A DNA stretch of 64,000 nucleotides from a virus. Made by a program: the position numbers and the translations under genes. Shown one piece after another: positions 1 to 8,814 of the stretch (position 1 is its first letter; every line of letters starts with the position of its first letter). The DNA lies in IMG/VR virus record IMGVR_UViG_3300010373_000005, positions 14,575 to 78,574 of that record; one strand, written 5' to 3'. The notes below the pieces were generated by a model. That model saw only the letters and a list, made by a program, of their open reading frames with translations, did no database searches and had not been told where the DNA came from.

Positions 1-3000
1 AAGAATAGTACGCGTCGTGCGACCTGTCTCGCTCGGCCATCTGCTCCGCGACATTGCCGGTGGCCTGCACCTTGCCTCCGAGCTTGCTGAACACGCTCCT
101 GAGCTTGCCCATCAGCGCGCTCGTCACCCCGTAGACGACCAGCACCGTGCCGGCGCCCGCGGCTCCGACCGCGACGCCTGCCGCAGGCACCGCGAGGGTA
201 GCAGTGAGCCCCAGGGCGATCAGCATCCTCATGGCGGTGCGCGCGACGATGCCAGAGCCGAACTTCACGGCAACTGCCGTGCCGGCACCCTTAGCTATCG
301 CGGTGCCCGCAGAGAACGACGCGGCGCGCCACTCCCCGTGGCTGTCTCGCGGGTGCTGGCTCTCGTTCCAGCCGCCGTGACCTCCGCCGGGGCGCGCGCC
401 CGATCCGGGCGGCCTGCCGGGACCCCGCCTCACCTGGGGCCCCTCGCTGTCGTAGCGAGGTTCCACCGCGTGCTGCGGGACCCCGCGGGCCTCGTGCTCC
501 CTGCGGGCGGTCTCCCGGGCCCTGTCCTGGTGGTAGTCCTGCGCATGGTCGTCCTCGATAACGCGGTTCACCTCGTTCGCGTGCGTGATCCTCGTGATCG
601 GGCCCTTGGGCACCGGCGCGGGCTTGCCCTTGAACGCCCGGGCGAGGCCCTGCACGATCTTGTACGAGGCGTAGCTCGACACCCCGAACACGAGGATGGC
701 GGTGCCGACGCCGGTCGCCACGCCCGCTGCGGCTAGTCCTGCGGTCAGTCCGAGCTGCAGCGCCCTCCGAACGACATGTCCCGCGACGCCCTTGGCGACC
801 GAGATCGCGACCTTACCCCCGGAGATCATGCCGAACTCGCACGCGTCGAAGTACTCCACGTCGTCGAACGACAGGTGTCGCCACTCTCCGTGCTCGTCCC
901 TCGGGTGTCGCTCCTCCTCCCAGCGGATCGCGTGCGCGCCGTGGTGCCTGGCGATGGCGTACACGTGCTGCGGAGGGTGGGCGTGCTGGACGTGAACCTC
1001 GTGCTCGCCCTCGTGGTCCCCCTTGGCGTGCACCATGGCCTTAAAGCCCTTGGACGCCAGGTGCTCGATCGCGGCGAGGGCCGCCACCTTGCCCGCGAAG
1101 TGCAGCACGGCCTTGCCGACGAACTTGGCGGCCGGCATGCTGATGCCGAACGCGTAGGACGCGCCCTTGCCCTTGGGCTTACTCTTCGTAGCCTGACGCG
1201 CAGCCTTACGAGCCTCCTTCGTCTTCTTGGCCCTGTCTGCGGGTGTCTCGGGCCGGAACCCGGGATGTGATTGGATCGCGTCCCACCCCGTGGGAGGCTT
1301 GGTCGCGTTTGCCGCCACGTCGTAGATGTCGTGCAGCGGGTGCTGCGGACCCGTCTCCTGGTTTGTTCCCGGCCCGCTCGGCATGAGCTGCCGGGCGTTG
1401 CGAGCCTCGCGCGCTGCTACTCTTACCTTACGCAATTGGCGCCCGTGGTAGTGCTGCACTATCGACTCGAAGACCTTCGCTAGTACTGCGGAGAGTCCCG
1501 CGGTCATGTGCCCGTACTGGTCGGTGTTCGCGTCGACGATACCCGCGTCCCTCGCGGCCTGCAGCGCCTTCTTGGCGACCACTGCTGAGCCGAAGTCGAT
1601 GGCATACATCACCGCCGCGCCCTTGGCCGACACGTCCTTCTGCTGGTACTTGCTCTGGCTCTTGGGCGAGAACGACCCTGGCATCGGGATGATGGGTCCC
1701 GACGTCTTGTACATGATGGGGACGTGGTCTACGTGCTTCTTGTCCTTAGGATCGACCGCCTCCATGATCGTGTGGTGCACGATCTCGTTGGCCTGCTCGT
1801 GAGTCATGCCCGAGAGGATGAACCCGTTGCCGATCATTGTCGGCGTGATGCCGTGCTGGTTCCTGACTGCAGTGAATGCCGCCTTGGCCCACGTCGGATA
1901 GTTGAACATCACCTTGAAGTCATAGGTGGCATCAGCGCCGTTGAGGGCGAAGGCGTGGGACATCGCCTTCACCGGCGAGCCCCTGTACTTCAGGATGGCG
2001 TAGTTCACGGCCTTCATTGGGCCTCTGACGAGCATGCGTCGCTTCTTGTCCTGTCGCGCCACGGTGCACCCCTGGTTCTCGAGGAACTTCTGCGCGTCCT
2101 CGGCGTCCTCGAGCTGCTCGAAGTAGAGCCTCAGCTTGCGCTCGGATGGTTCCTGCCGCGTCCCGTGAGGCGGATTCCGCGACTGCGAGATCTCGGAGTG
2201 CGGCTGCTGCGGAGGTGCTTGAGGCTGAGTCGCGGTATCCATGCTCATGTCCCTACCTGTTGACCCCAAGAAACGAAGTGCGGCCCTGCGCACTGTTGCC
2301 TCGTCGTTCACCGCATCGCACTGTACTGTCCATATGCCGTTCACCTTGCGATGCCAATCAAGGTCGCAGGGTGGAGACTCTTGCTTCAAGACCCATCTCA
2401 CGAAAGCTTCCGCTGCCACTTGAGAAGGAAAGTGCAGCACCACTTTTCGCTCCACTCCGAACGAGTACCAGAAGTGCGACGAATCCTCCTTCTTGCGCTT
2501 GTCAAGACCTCGAGACACTCTGAACCCGTGACCCGCCGAAGTGTGTGGAGTCTCGTTCGGTCCGATAGAGTACCCCAGAGTTCGCAGGCGATTCATGATC
2601 GCGGACATCATACCTTTATTTCGTTGCTCTTCGGCTACCGCAATACGAATGGGCGTGAGGATCTTAGATCCAGGCTTCTGCCCGAACTCAGAATGGGCCA
2701 TTGCCATTCTGTCTTCGTCATTAGGATCCTCAATATATGCTATGAGCTTACCGGGCTCTTTCTGGATCTTAACATGCTTCTCCCACTCAGCTCCGTTGAG
2801 ATTGGACTTGAAACTCATGCTCCATAGTCTTCGTACGTTCTTGCCGGGCCTGAACCTCACGATCGCCCGCTGGTGACTCAGCGTCTCGACGCCGTTCTGC
2901 GGGTTTGTAGTTATTTTAGGCTGTCGATTGACAGCTTCAAATACTCCAAAATTGCGAAACTCCACGCGCTTGCCGTCGTTCAGGTGGTACACGATCATGT

Positions 3001-3730
3001 TAAGGACGTGATCCAGGGCCATTGCCGCGCGACCCTGCGTGATACCTGTGGCAGATGCCAGAGACTTCAGGACATCGTTCTTGGTGATAGTGTTGGACTT
3101 GAGGGCCATGCTGATAGACTTATCCTGCGCCATGTACGCGTGTCTCGCCGGATCGTCGTCAGGCCCGGGCCGCCCGGGCCTGTGAACTACGCACCGGTTC
3201 AGCTGCCTGAGCGTGGCGACCTTGCACATAACGTGGTTGGCGTGTTGCTCTAGGCGCTTCACTATTCTGTGGCGCCCGTCCAGCACGTCGTCGTGAGGGC
3301 TCAGGATGATCGGCGTGTCCGGGTGCGCCCTGGCGACACGCTCCTCGCTGTAGCCTGTCTTAGGGTCCTTGTTGATCTTGTGCAGGAAGTCGCTCAGCGG
3401 GCGCTCGACCAGGGGGTTCTTCTCCGTCTCAAGCTTGAGACGGGCCACGTCGATGACAGGTACGACGCCCCTGCGTGCCTTCACCTTGTAGTGCGGCGGG
3501 ACACCCACTGTCTCCGGCTCAGCGGATGCCTCGCCCCCGCGGTGCCTGAGCTGCCTTACGCGGTACCTGTCGCCGTATGCCGCCGCGACAGCCCTCCGGG
3601 CCCGGCGTCGCCTGCGAGCCGCTCGCTCAGGGAGCTTCTTTCCCTTGGGTGTGTGCTTCTCCCAGCGGGCCGCCATCTCGGGATGAGTGGCGTGCATCCA
3701 CCGGCGCTGCGCCTGACTGACCAGCGGCAT
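1..3730 (-). CDS. Giant multidomain (polyvalent-type) protein; its C-terminus runs off the left edge (>1,240 aa in the window). Contains a ParB-like N-domain, an HU/IHF-fold domain, a GNAT-like segment, then repeated HPRD-HGEW motif plus hydrophobic-hairpin modules.
   Basis: My own minus-strand translation from ATG 3728-3730 stays open to position 1. It is absent from the ORF track because no stop lies in the window, and no other minus ORF is listed in 1-3555. Motifs: PIILSPHDDVLDGRHRIVKRL (ParB DGxHR); GKRVEFRNFGVFEAVNRQPKITTNPQNGVETLSHQRAIVRFRPGK (HU/IHF beta-arm); IAVAEEQRNKGMMSAIMNRL (GNAT motif-A-like). WEEERHPRDEHGEWR and WNESQHPRDSHGEWR are each followed by Gly/Ala-rich TM-like hairpins. 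The ATG lies 1 nt after the upstream stop. Confidence 0.75.
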   Translation of the reverse strand, partial: MPLVSQAQRRWMHATHPEMAARWEKHTPKGKKLPERAARRRRRARRAVAAAYGDRYRVRQLRHRGGEASAEPETVGVPPHYKVKARRGVVPVIDVARLKLETEKNPLVERPLSDFLHKINKDPKTGYSEERVARAHPDTPIILSPHDDVLDGRHRIVKRLEQHANHVMCKVATLRQLNRCVVHRPGRPGPDDDPARHAYMAQDKSISMALKSNTITKNDVLKSLASATGITQGRAAMALDHVLNMIVYHLNDGKRVEFRNFGVFEAVNRQPKITTNPQNGVETLSHQRAIVRFRPGKNVRRLWSMSFKSNLNGAEWEKHVKIQKEPGKLIAYIEDPNDEDRMAMAHSEFGQKPGSKILTPIRIAVAEEQRNKGMMSAIMNRLRTLGYSIGPNETPHTSAGHGFRVSRGLDKRKKEDSSHFWYSFGVERKVVLHFPSQVAAEAFVRWVLKQESPPCDLDWHRKVNGIWTVQCDAVNDEATVRRAALRFLGSTGRDMSMDTATQPQAPPQQPHSEISQSRNPPHGTRQEPSERKLRLYFEQLEDAEDAQKFLENQGCTVARQDKKRRMLVRGPMKAVNYAILKYRGSPVKAMSHAFALNGADATYDFKVMFNYPTWAKAAFTAVRNQHGITPTMIGNGFILSGMTHEQANEIVHHTIMEAVDPKDKKHVDHVPIMYKTSGPIIPMPGSFSPKSQSKYQQKDVSAKGAAVMYAIDFGSAVVAKKALQAARDAGIVDANTDQYGHMTAGLSAVLAKVFESIVQHYHGRQLRKVRVAAREARNARQLMPSGPGTNQETGPQHPLHDIYDVAANATKPPTGWDAIQSHPGFRPETPADRAKKTKEARKAARQATKSKPKGKGASYAFGISMPAAKFVGKAVLHFAGKVAALAAIEHLASKGFKAMVHAKGDHEGEHEVHVQHAHPPQHVYAIARHHGAHAIRWEEERHPRDEHGEWRHLSFDDVEYFDACEFGMISGGKVAISVAKGVAGHVVRRALQLGLTAGLAAAGVATGVGTAILVFGVSSYASYKIVQGLARAFKGKPAPVPKGPITRITHANEVNRVIEDDHAQDYHQDRARETARREHEARGVPQHAVEPRYDSEGPQVRRGPGRPPGSGARPGGGHGGWNESQHPRDSHGEWRAASFSAGTAIAKGAGTAVAVKFGSGIVARTAMRMLIALGLTATLAVPAAGVAVGAAGAGTVLVVYGVTSALMGKLRSVFSKLGGKVQATGNVAEQMAERDRSHDAYYS

Positions 3731-3731
3731 T

Positions 3732-4148
3732 CTACGCCCCCTGCTGGGCCGCGCAGGCCGCGAAGCACTCCTGGGCCGCGTCGGCGCTGCCGTCTCGCAC
3801 GGCGTCGAGCGAGTGCAGGGCGAGCGCCTGGGCCTGGGCCCGGCCGTCCTTGCCGAGGTTGCGCACGTGCCTGTCACGTCGGAGCTGCTTCTTGGACTCG
3901 ACCACCGCGGGTCCCAGCACGCTGTCGTCGTAGCTGCTGGTGTCCTCGTGGAAGGCAGCCTGCACGTGCTCCTGGGTCGTCTCGGCGGTAGCCTGAGCGG
4001 GAGCGCACTTCGAGAAGATCGACTGGAGCGCGGCAATCACCGCGCTCACCATGCCGAGGATCGTGAGTGGGTCGATGCCCGCGAGCTGGGGGTCAGCTGA
4101 CGCGTTGCTCGCGGCTGCCTGACAGATCTGAGTATCCTGCACGTTCAT
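3732..4148 (-). CDS. hypothetical protein (138 aa) with one hydrophobic helix
   Basis: This is the C-terminal part of track ORF 3732..4373. I moved the start to ATG 4146-4148 (MNVQDTQ...), which forms an ATGA overlap with the stop of 4145..4342. Hydrophobic stretch: LTILGMVSAVIAALQSIF. Confidence 0.5.
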   Translation of the reverse strand: MNVQDTQICQAAASNASADPQLAGIDPLTILGMVSAVIAALQSIFSKCAPAQATAETTQEHVQAAFHEDTSSYDDSVLGPAVVESKKQLRRDRHVRNLGKDGRAQAQALALHSLDAVRDGSADAAQECFAACAAQQGA

Positions 4149-4342
4149 ATGCTCCCCTTTCTCACGTAGGCTAGCACGAACTCTTCTGGCACCGGCATCT
4201 CGACGCTGCTGTCCTTCGGTATTACCTGCAGCTCGCTCGGCGCGCCGTCCTCGAATCTGTCGGTGATCCTCAGCGTCACGGCCTCGAAGAGCTCTCCGTT
4301 GGGCATCGTGACTTCCAGCGGCAGGTGCTTCTGTCTGGCCAT
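4145..4342 (-). CDS. hypothetical protein (65 aa)
   Basis: Track ORF on the coding strand of the operon, with an ATGA overlap to the downstream gene. No motif recognised. Confidence 0.45.
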   Translation of the reverse strand: MARQKHLPLEVTMPNGELFEAVTLRITDRFEDGAPSELQVIPKDSSVEMPVPEEFVLAYVRKGSI

Positions 4343-4372
4343 GTCTCACTCCCTCGAGAACGGTGGCCCTCA

Positions 4373-4798
4373 CTACATCTTGAACAGGCCCGACACTGCC
4401 GGTGTTCCCGACTGCTCGTCCCTGATCGGTGCGGACAGCGAGACGTCGACTCCGGTGTCGACCTCGCCTCGGTCGTCCGGGTACTCGATCCGCTCGGGGC
4501 CCAGCGGCGGGAGCGGCATGCGCCGCTTGCCCTTAGGATCCAGTCCGGCTGGCTCGGCGACCATCACGTGGACTACAGCCACGTCGTCGCCGCACTCGAA
4601 GTTCACCGAGACCTGCCCCGCGTTCAGCGCGGTGACCCAGCCGGAGCGACCCCTCGATCCTCCCTCGACGGTGACGGCGACGACGCCGGGCTCGTCGAGA
4701 GCCGCCAGCTTCGGGTCGACGGGCGACCTGAGCTCGAAGTGCACCTTCTCGCCGGGATACAGCCTCACTCCGCACTCGTGTAGCATGTCGTTCTCCAA
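4373..4798 (-). CDS. Ig-like (Big_2-type) domain protein (141 aa)
   Basis: Track ORF. GVVAVTVEGGSRGRSGWVTALNAGQVSVNFECGD resembles the strand pattern of bacterial Ig-like group 2 domains. Confidence 0.5.
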   Translation of the reverse strand: MENDMLHECGVRLYPGEKVHFELRSPVDPKLAALDEPGVVAVTVEGGSRGRSGWVTALNAGQVSVNFECGDDVAVVHVMVAEPAGLDPKGKRRMPLPPLGPERIEYPDDRGEVDTGVDVSLSAPIRDEQSGTPAVSGLFKM

Positions 4799-4837
4799 GA
4801 TTGCGAGACTACATTGACGATCGTCAAATGCGGTCTC

Positions 4838-5236
4838 TTACTTCTGCAGCAAGAGCATCTTCACCAGGCAACTGGCCGTGTTGGCCAGCAACCAGTAGGT
4901 GACTCCGGGCTCCATGTCGAGCGTCTGGGGCGCGCCGCCCACCCCTGCCGCTGGTCCGGGAGGCAGCCTGATCACCGGCTGGAACGCGGCGCTGACGACT
5001 ATGCCCAGCTGGACGTAGTTCGTCGGGTCCATGTTCTGCAGAGACAGCCTGCCCTCTGAGCCGCCGGCTACCGCGCCGATGGGCATCTGGGTGCCGGTGC
5101 CCGTCGTGACGGCCGTCACCTCGTCAGGGTGCTCTACCGCTGTCGTCTGGTTGTACTGCCCAGACGAGTGGAAGGAGTCGTTGAGGGCTCCATTCAGGAC
5201 CGAGACGTTGACGGATATGGTGATCTCGTTGGCCAT
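4838..5236 (-). CDS. hypothetical protein (132 aa)
   Basis: Track ORF on the operon strand, with an AGGAAA SD-like sequence upstream of the ATG. No motif recognised. Confidence 0.5.
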   Translation of the reverse strand: MANEITISVNVSVLNGALNDSFHSSGQYNQTTAVEHPDEVTAVTTGTGTQMPIGAVAGGSEGRLSLQNMDPTNYVQLGIVVSAAFQPVIRLPPGPAAGVGGAPQTLDMEPGVTYWLLANTASCLVKMLLLQK

Positions 5237-5276
5237 ATGATTTCCTACGAGGACTACGACCTCATAGCAGTCTTAC

Positions 5277-5798
5277 TTACCCACCGCTTACCTGCGTGAT
5301 GTTCACCTGGTCGTGCCCGCCCGTGCGCCTGCCGGCCCTGCCGCCGCTGCGCGACCCTCCCAGGTAGTCGCCCAGCATGCTGCGCACGTCGCGCATGCCC
5401 TTGAAGGTCCGGAGCTCCCTGACCTGGATGATCGGGCTCTTGGTGAGGTCTGTGACCTGCCCGAGGAATCTCAGGCGCGCGTCGATCAGCTTGTCTATGA
5501 CTGGGTCGGAGTCCCACGTGATCACGTAGACCTTCTGGACGTCCCGACCGGGGCCTCCTGAGCCTTTTCCAGGGCCCTGGGGCCTGTTGGCCCGCGCGTG
5601 CTCCTTCTTGGAGATGATGCTCCCGTCCGGCTGCAGGTAGCCGGTGTCGCCGTGCTCGTACCAGTAGCGTCGGTTCCCGCCGGAGCCTGGCCCGCCGAGG
5701 GCCACGATATGGGGCGGCAGGCCGAACGCCCGCGCGAACTCCATAGCGACCTTGCGCGCCAGGGCCTTGCCCTGCCTGCGTGACGACTGATACAGCAT
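5277..5798 (-). CDS. hypothetical Gly-rich protein (173 aa)
   Basis: Track ORF 5277..5924 trimmed to ATG 5796-5798 (MLYQSS...), which lies 2 nt after the stop (5801-5803) of the upstream gene. Confidence 0.5.
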   Translation of the reverse strand: MLYQSSRRQGKALARKVAMEFARAFGLPPHIVALGGPGSGGNRRYWYEHGDTGYLQPDGSIISKKEHARANRPQGPGKGSGGPGRDVQKVYVITWDSDPVIDKLIDARLRFLGQVTDLTKSPIIQVRELRTFKGMRDVRSMLGDYLGGSRSGGRAGRRTGGHDQVNITQVSGG

Positions 5799-5800
5799 TC

Positions 5801-6013
5801 CTAGTTCCTCTGCGCCATGGCCTGCTGGAGCACCCCCGACAATATGCCCATCTCTCGCTTGCCGGTCTCGAACTCCTCCGGGGTGAGGTCTGACTCTCTC
5901 GGAGAGATGCCTCCGCCCTGGCACAGCATCACCAGGATCAGCAGGTGTGACGTCGGCTCGTCGATCACCTCGATGGCTTTTCGTAACACCGCGCAGCAGG
6001 CCTTGCCGTCCAT
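5801..6013 (-). CDS. hypothetical protein (70 aa)
   Basis: Track ORF. It is the first gene after terminator 6060-6100 and is preceded by an ATCACTC leader motif and a GAGGGA SD. Confidence 0.45.
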   Translation of the reverse strand: MDGKACCAVLRKAIEVIDEPTSHLLILVMLCQGGGISPRESDLTPEEFETGKREMGILSGVLQQAMAQRN

Positions 6014-6059
6014 GAATCCCTCGATTTCTGAGTGATCTCCCGTAGTGAGATCATTCTGT

Positions 6060-6100
6060 AAAACGCGCGTCCCCCGGTAGTTAGGCCCCGCCGGGACGCG
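6060..6100 (-). terminator. intrinsic terminator candidate
   Basis: On the minus strand, CGCGTCCC (6093-6100) pairs with GGGACGCG (6066-6073) as an 8-bp GC stem. It is followed by CGTTTTAC (T-run 6060-6063). Confidence 0.55.
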
Positions 6101-6203
6101 GGAGCGGGCGAAGTGTACCCTGAGCTTAGGTTGTTAAGGAGTTACCGCGACGAGCGGCAGGGATTCGCCTTTAGACCCGACTTCCGGTACGGGCCCCAGA
6201 GAG

Positions 6204-6238
6204 AGGCGCCTCGCTCGCAGTCGTGCAGCGAGGCGCCT
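6204..6238 (-). terminator. 12-bp GC-rich hairpin just downstream of the stop of 6253..6768 (no U-tract)
   Basis: aggcgcctcgct (6204-6215) is the exact reverse complement of agcgaggcgcct (6227-6238), with an 11-nt loop. Confidence 0.35.
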
Positions 6239-6252
6239 CCCTGCTGGCATGG

Positions 6253-6768
6253 CTACAGCTCAGTTGTCTCCACGAACCAGTGCCCGTCCAGCTGCCTGGC
6301 CGCGTCCTCGCGCACCTCGCGCGCAGGACCCCATGTCCCGTCGGGTCGCAGCACGCTCAGGTTGAGCGACCCCGCCCGCCTGCCGGAGCTCTCGGGCCAC
6401 ACGTGCGACACCATCGCAGGCATGGGATCGGGATGCCCAGACGCCTTGAACCAGACCAGGGTGCCGACCGCGGGTGAGATACCCGAGGTCGTCGCCTTCG
6501 GGTTGACGATCCCGGTCGTCTGCTCGATCGTGGGGATCACCAGCTCGACGGTCTGGTGTCCCGCGGGGTGCGGGGTCTTGACCAGATGCGTCTCGTGCGG
6601 GATACCGAACCTGGGGTCCGGAGGTTCCGGAGCGTCGTCCTGCCCGATGTACGGCGCCGGCTCGGGACGGGTGGCCCTGCCGACGCGCACGCTCTGCTGG
6701 AGGAACTGGTCCACGCTCACCGTGCCGGCGCCAGGACCGACGACTTCTGCGACTTCAACTGTGCTCAT
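6253..6768 (-). CDS. hypothetical protein (171 aa)
   Basis: Track ORF on the operon strand. No motif recognised. Confidence 0.5.
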   Translation of the reverse strand: MSTVEVAEVVGPGAGTVSVDQFLQQSVRVGRATRPEPAPYIGQDDAPEPPDPRFGIPHETHLVKTPHPAGHQTVELVIPTIEQTTGIVNPKATTSGISPAVGTLVWFKASGHPDPMPAMVSHVWPESSGRRAGSLNLSVLRPDGTWGPAREVREDAARQLDGHWFVETTEL

Positions 6769-6849
6769 TCTTGATCTTCTCCGTTGCGGCCTTCACCAGC
6801 TCGGTTAGGGCCTCGAATAGCTCTTGGAGAGCTTTCTGGGTTGCCTCGT

Positions 6850-7071
6850 TCATTGATCGAATCCTGGAAATGCCTTGTCCCTTGCGAAGACGATCAGGAA
6901 CTCTGGTCGCTCCATTCCGGGCAAATAATACGCGTCGTCTTTGGTCTCCTGACACTGCAGCTCGGAGGGCTGACCGTTCGGGTGCTTGCAGACGACGCTC
7001 AGCACCACCGGAATATAGCGATCCTCACCTATCCGTATCTCTCGCGGCAGCCGACGCTTCTTCTTGCTCAC
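6850..7071 (-). CDS. hypothetical protein (73 aa)
   Basis: Track ORF. Its stop forms an ATGA overlap with a possible 32-aa ORF (6755..6853, MNEATQ...), which I do not call separately. Confidence 0.45.
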   Translation of the reverse strand: MSKKKRRLPREIRIGEDRYIPVVLSVVCKHPNGQPSELQCQETKDDAYYLPGMERPEFLIVFARDKAFPGFDQ

Positions 7072-7082
7072 TAGACGAGTTC

Positions 7083-7757
7083 CTAGGGAATTGCGGCGTC
7101 CATCTCCGTGACCTGCTTGTCCAGCTCCTCAGGCGTAAGGTCCGTGCCGAGGCGCTCCCTCTGCTGCTCTACCAGCTCTAGCCTGGCGCGCAGCGAGCGC
7201 TCGAACTCCGGCACCCTGTGGTCGTCGCCGAACGCCTCCGCGGCAGCCTGCATGACCTGCGTCACCAGGTGCCCCACCGCGGTGGTGAACGAGTCGATGA
7301 TCTTGGCCTTCGTCTCCTCGACGGTGGCGGCGGCCTTCACGATTTCCGACACCTCTTTCATGGAAGACTTGAGCAGCTCCGCGGCGAGCAGCTGGGCCTC
7401 GGGCTTACCAGACGCCACTGCCTCGTCGTACTGCTGCACGCTGTGCGACGCCGCGTGCCTGACGAGCAGCACCTCGTCGAGCAGCGACAGCTGCTCCGTG
7501 ATGGGCGCGTCGCGCACGGCTCCCTCCACTGCCTCCAGCAGTGTCGGCCTCAGTTTCGCCAGGTAGAACTTATGCATGAAGTTCTTCCCCCGTATGTCCA
7601 TGAGCCCCAGGTGCCTGTCGCAGCGGTCCTCTCCCGGCACGCAGTCCCTGGTGCACCTGTTGCCGCGCTTCGAGGGCGACTTCATGGCCTGGCACTGCCC
7701 GTTCGGGTAGCGCGACTGGCCAGGCACCCATGTGTCGTTGACGTGGTCCCATGACAT
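7083..7757 (-). CDS. hypothetical protein (224 aa) with an N-terminal Cys/His cluster and a helical C-terminal half
   Basis: Track ORF. GQCQAMKSPSKRGNRCTRDCVPGEDRCDRH looks like a small zinc-binding motif. Function not recognised. Confidence 0.55.
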   Translation of the reverse strand: MSWDHVNDTWVPGQSRYPNGQCQAMKSPSKRGNRCTRDCVPGEDRCDRHLGLMDIRGKNFMHKFYLAKLRPTLLEAVEGAVRDAPITEQLSLLDEVLLVRHAASHSVQQYDEAVASGKPEAQLLAAELLKSSMKEVSEIVKAAATVEETKAKIIDSFTTAVGHLVTQVMQAAAEAFGDDHRVPEFERSLRARLELVEQQRERLGTDLTPEELDKQVTEMDAAIP

Positions 7758-7781
7758 CGCTGTCTCGTTCTACGAGTTCCC

Positions 7782-8030
7782 TCAGCCTCTCTGGGCTAGG
7801 AACTCCAGGATGGTTGTGTTCGCGGCCTTGAGGATCTCGGGCGAGAGCTTGCCGCTGTCGGCCTTCCAGTTCTCACCGTCGAGCGCGAACTGGTCGTAGC
7901 CACTCGTCATGCGCAGGATGTCTAGGGACACCTCGACGCGTTTGAACTCGCGGTCCTTGGCGTTGTTCGCCTCGCACTTCTTGAGGTCCGCCTCGATCTC
8001 AGCCTTCTTCATCTCCTGCTCTGGGTTCAT
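7782..8030 (-). CDS. hypothetical protein (82 aa)
   Basis: Track ORF 7782..8114 trimmed to ATG 8028-8030 (MNPEQEM...), which makes a TGATG overlap with the upstream stop. Confidence 0.45.
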   Translation of the reverse strand: MNPEQEMKKAEIEADLKKCEANNAKDREFKRVEVSLDILRMTSGYDQFALDGENWKADSGKLSPEILKAANTTILEFLAQRG

Positions 8031-8215
8031 CACCAGCTCCCGTAAGAGTCGTAGTACTTCGCGGCCAGGGCGACGAGCTCCGACCAGTGATCCCTCGCGT
8101 ACAGGGCACCCCACAGGACGTTCGACGCCAGCGAGATGATCAGCATCATCGTGCGCCTCACGAGGGCCTTCTCGTATGCTATCTCGTCAGCCATCCGCTG
8201 CGTATAGGTGCTCAT
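8030..8215 (-). CDS. small single-pass membrane protein (61 aa); possible anti-sigma partner
   Basis: Track ORF 8030..8245 trimmed to ATG 8213-8215, which forms an ATGA overlap with the sigma-factor stop. TM-like segment: MMLIISLASNVLWGALY. Confidence 0.45.
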   Translation of the reverse strand: MSTYTQRMADEIAYEKALVRRTMMLIISLASNVLWGALYARDHWSELVALAAKYYDSYGSW

Positions 8216-8814
8216 TCGATTATCCCTTCCCCGTAGCTCGCCCACTGCGTCCCGTCGCCGTCCAGTCCGTCCGCCGCCCTCTGCGCCTGCGCGAGCGCTT
8301 CCTCCCTGAGGCGCTTAGCCTCTCCCCGGCGTATGCCGAGGTGCTTCGCTATCTCCGAGTCGTCGCACCCGTGGAGGAACGTCCACCTGAGGATGTCCGC
8401 CAGCGAGGATGGCATCCTCTCGAGAACCATACTTACCCGCAGGTGTCCCTGGTAGTCCCTCGTGCACGTGAGCTCGTCGCGGATAGTATCCTCGCCTTCG
8501 ATCGAAGGTGAGGATACGACCGTGAGAGGTACAGTCGGCACTTTCTTCTTGTACTTCCTGTCGAGCGCCCACTCGAGCGCGTACCACCCGACGTTCCTCA
8601 GCAGGAAGCTGATCGGCAGCACGGGCTGCCCGGTCTTGCTGCTGACGTGCGCCGGGTCGTAGTTCCGCATGATGTCCTGGCACCGCGCCAGCACCACGTC
8701 CCCGTAGGCGTCGTCGAGCTCACGCAGGCGGTGCCTCGGCAGGTAGTCCCGCACCTTCTGCCTGAGAAACTTCTGGTTCTGCACGACCAGCTCCCACACC
8801 TCTGCCTGCGTCAT
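8212..8814 (-). CDS. ECF-type sigma-70 family RNA polymerase sigma factor (200 aa)
   Basis: Region-4 HTH: LERMPSSLADILRWTFLHGCDDSEIAKHLGIRRGEAKRLREEAL. The N-terminal half is region-2-like. An AGGAG SD lies 7 nt upstream of ATG 8814. Confidence 0.85.
   Translation of the reverse strand: MTQAEVWELVVQNQKFLRQKVRDYLPRHRLRELDDAYGDVVLARCQDIMRNYDPAHVSSKTGQPVLPISFLLRNVGWYALEWALDRKYKKKVPTVPLTVVSSPSIEGEDTIRDELTCTRDYQGHLRVSMVLERMPSSLADILRWTFLHGCDDSEIAKHLGIRRGEAKRLREEALAQAQRAADGLDGDGTQWASYGEGIIE

Noticed and set aside
4814-4827. The 14-nt perfect palindrome TTGACGATCGTCAA upstream of the Ig-like protein gene, as an operator or promoter.
   Set aside because: It is a single short occurrence with no matching -10 box at a sensible spacing and no second copy noticed. 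That is too weak to call.
6029-6052. A T7-like single-subunit RNA polymerase promoter (GATCTCACTACGGGAGA resembles CTCACTATAGGGAGA).
   Set aside because: No single-subunit RNAP gene is present in the window. The other motif copies do not share the GGGAGA start region, and the spacing differs by one base. I report it only as part of the generic leader-motif finding.
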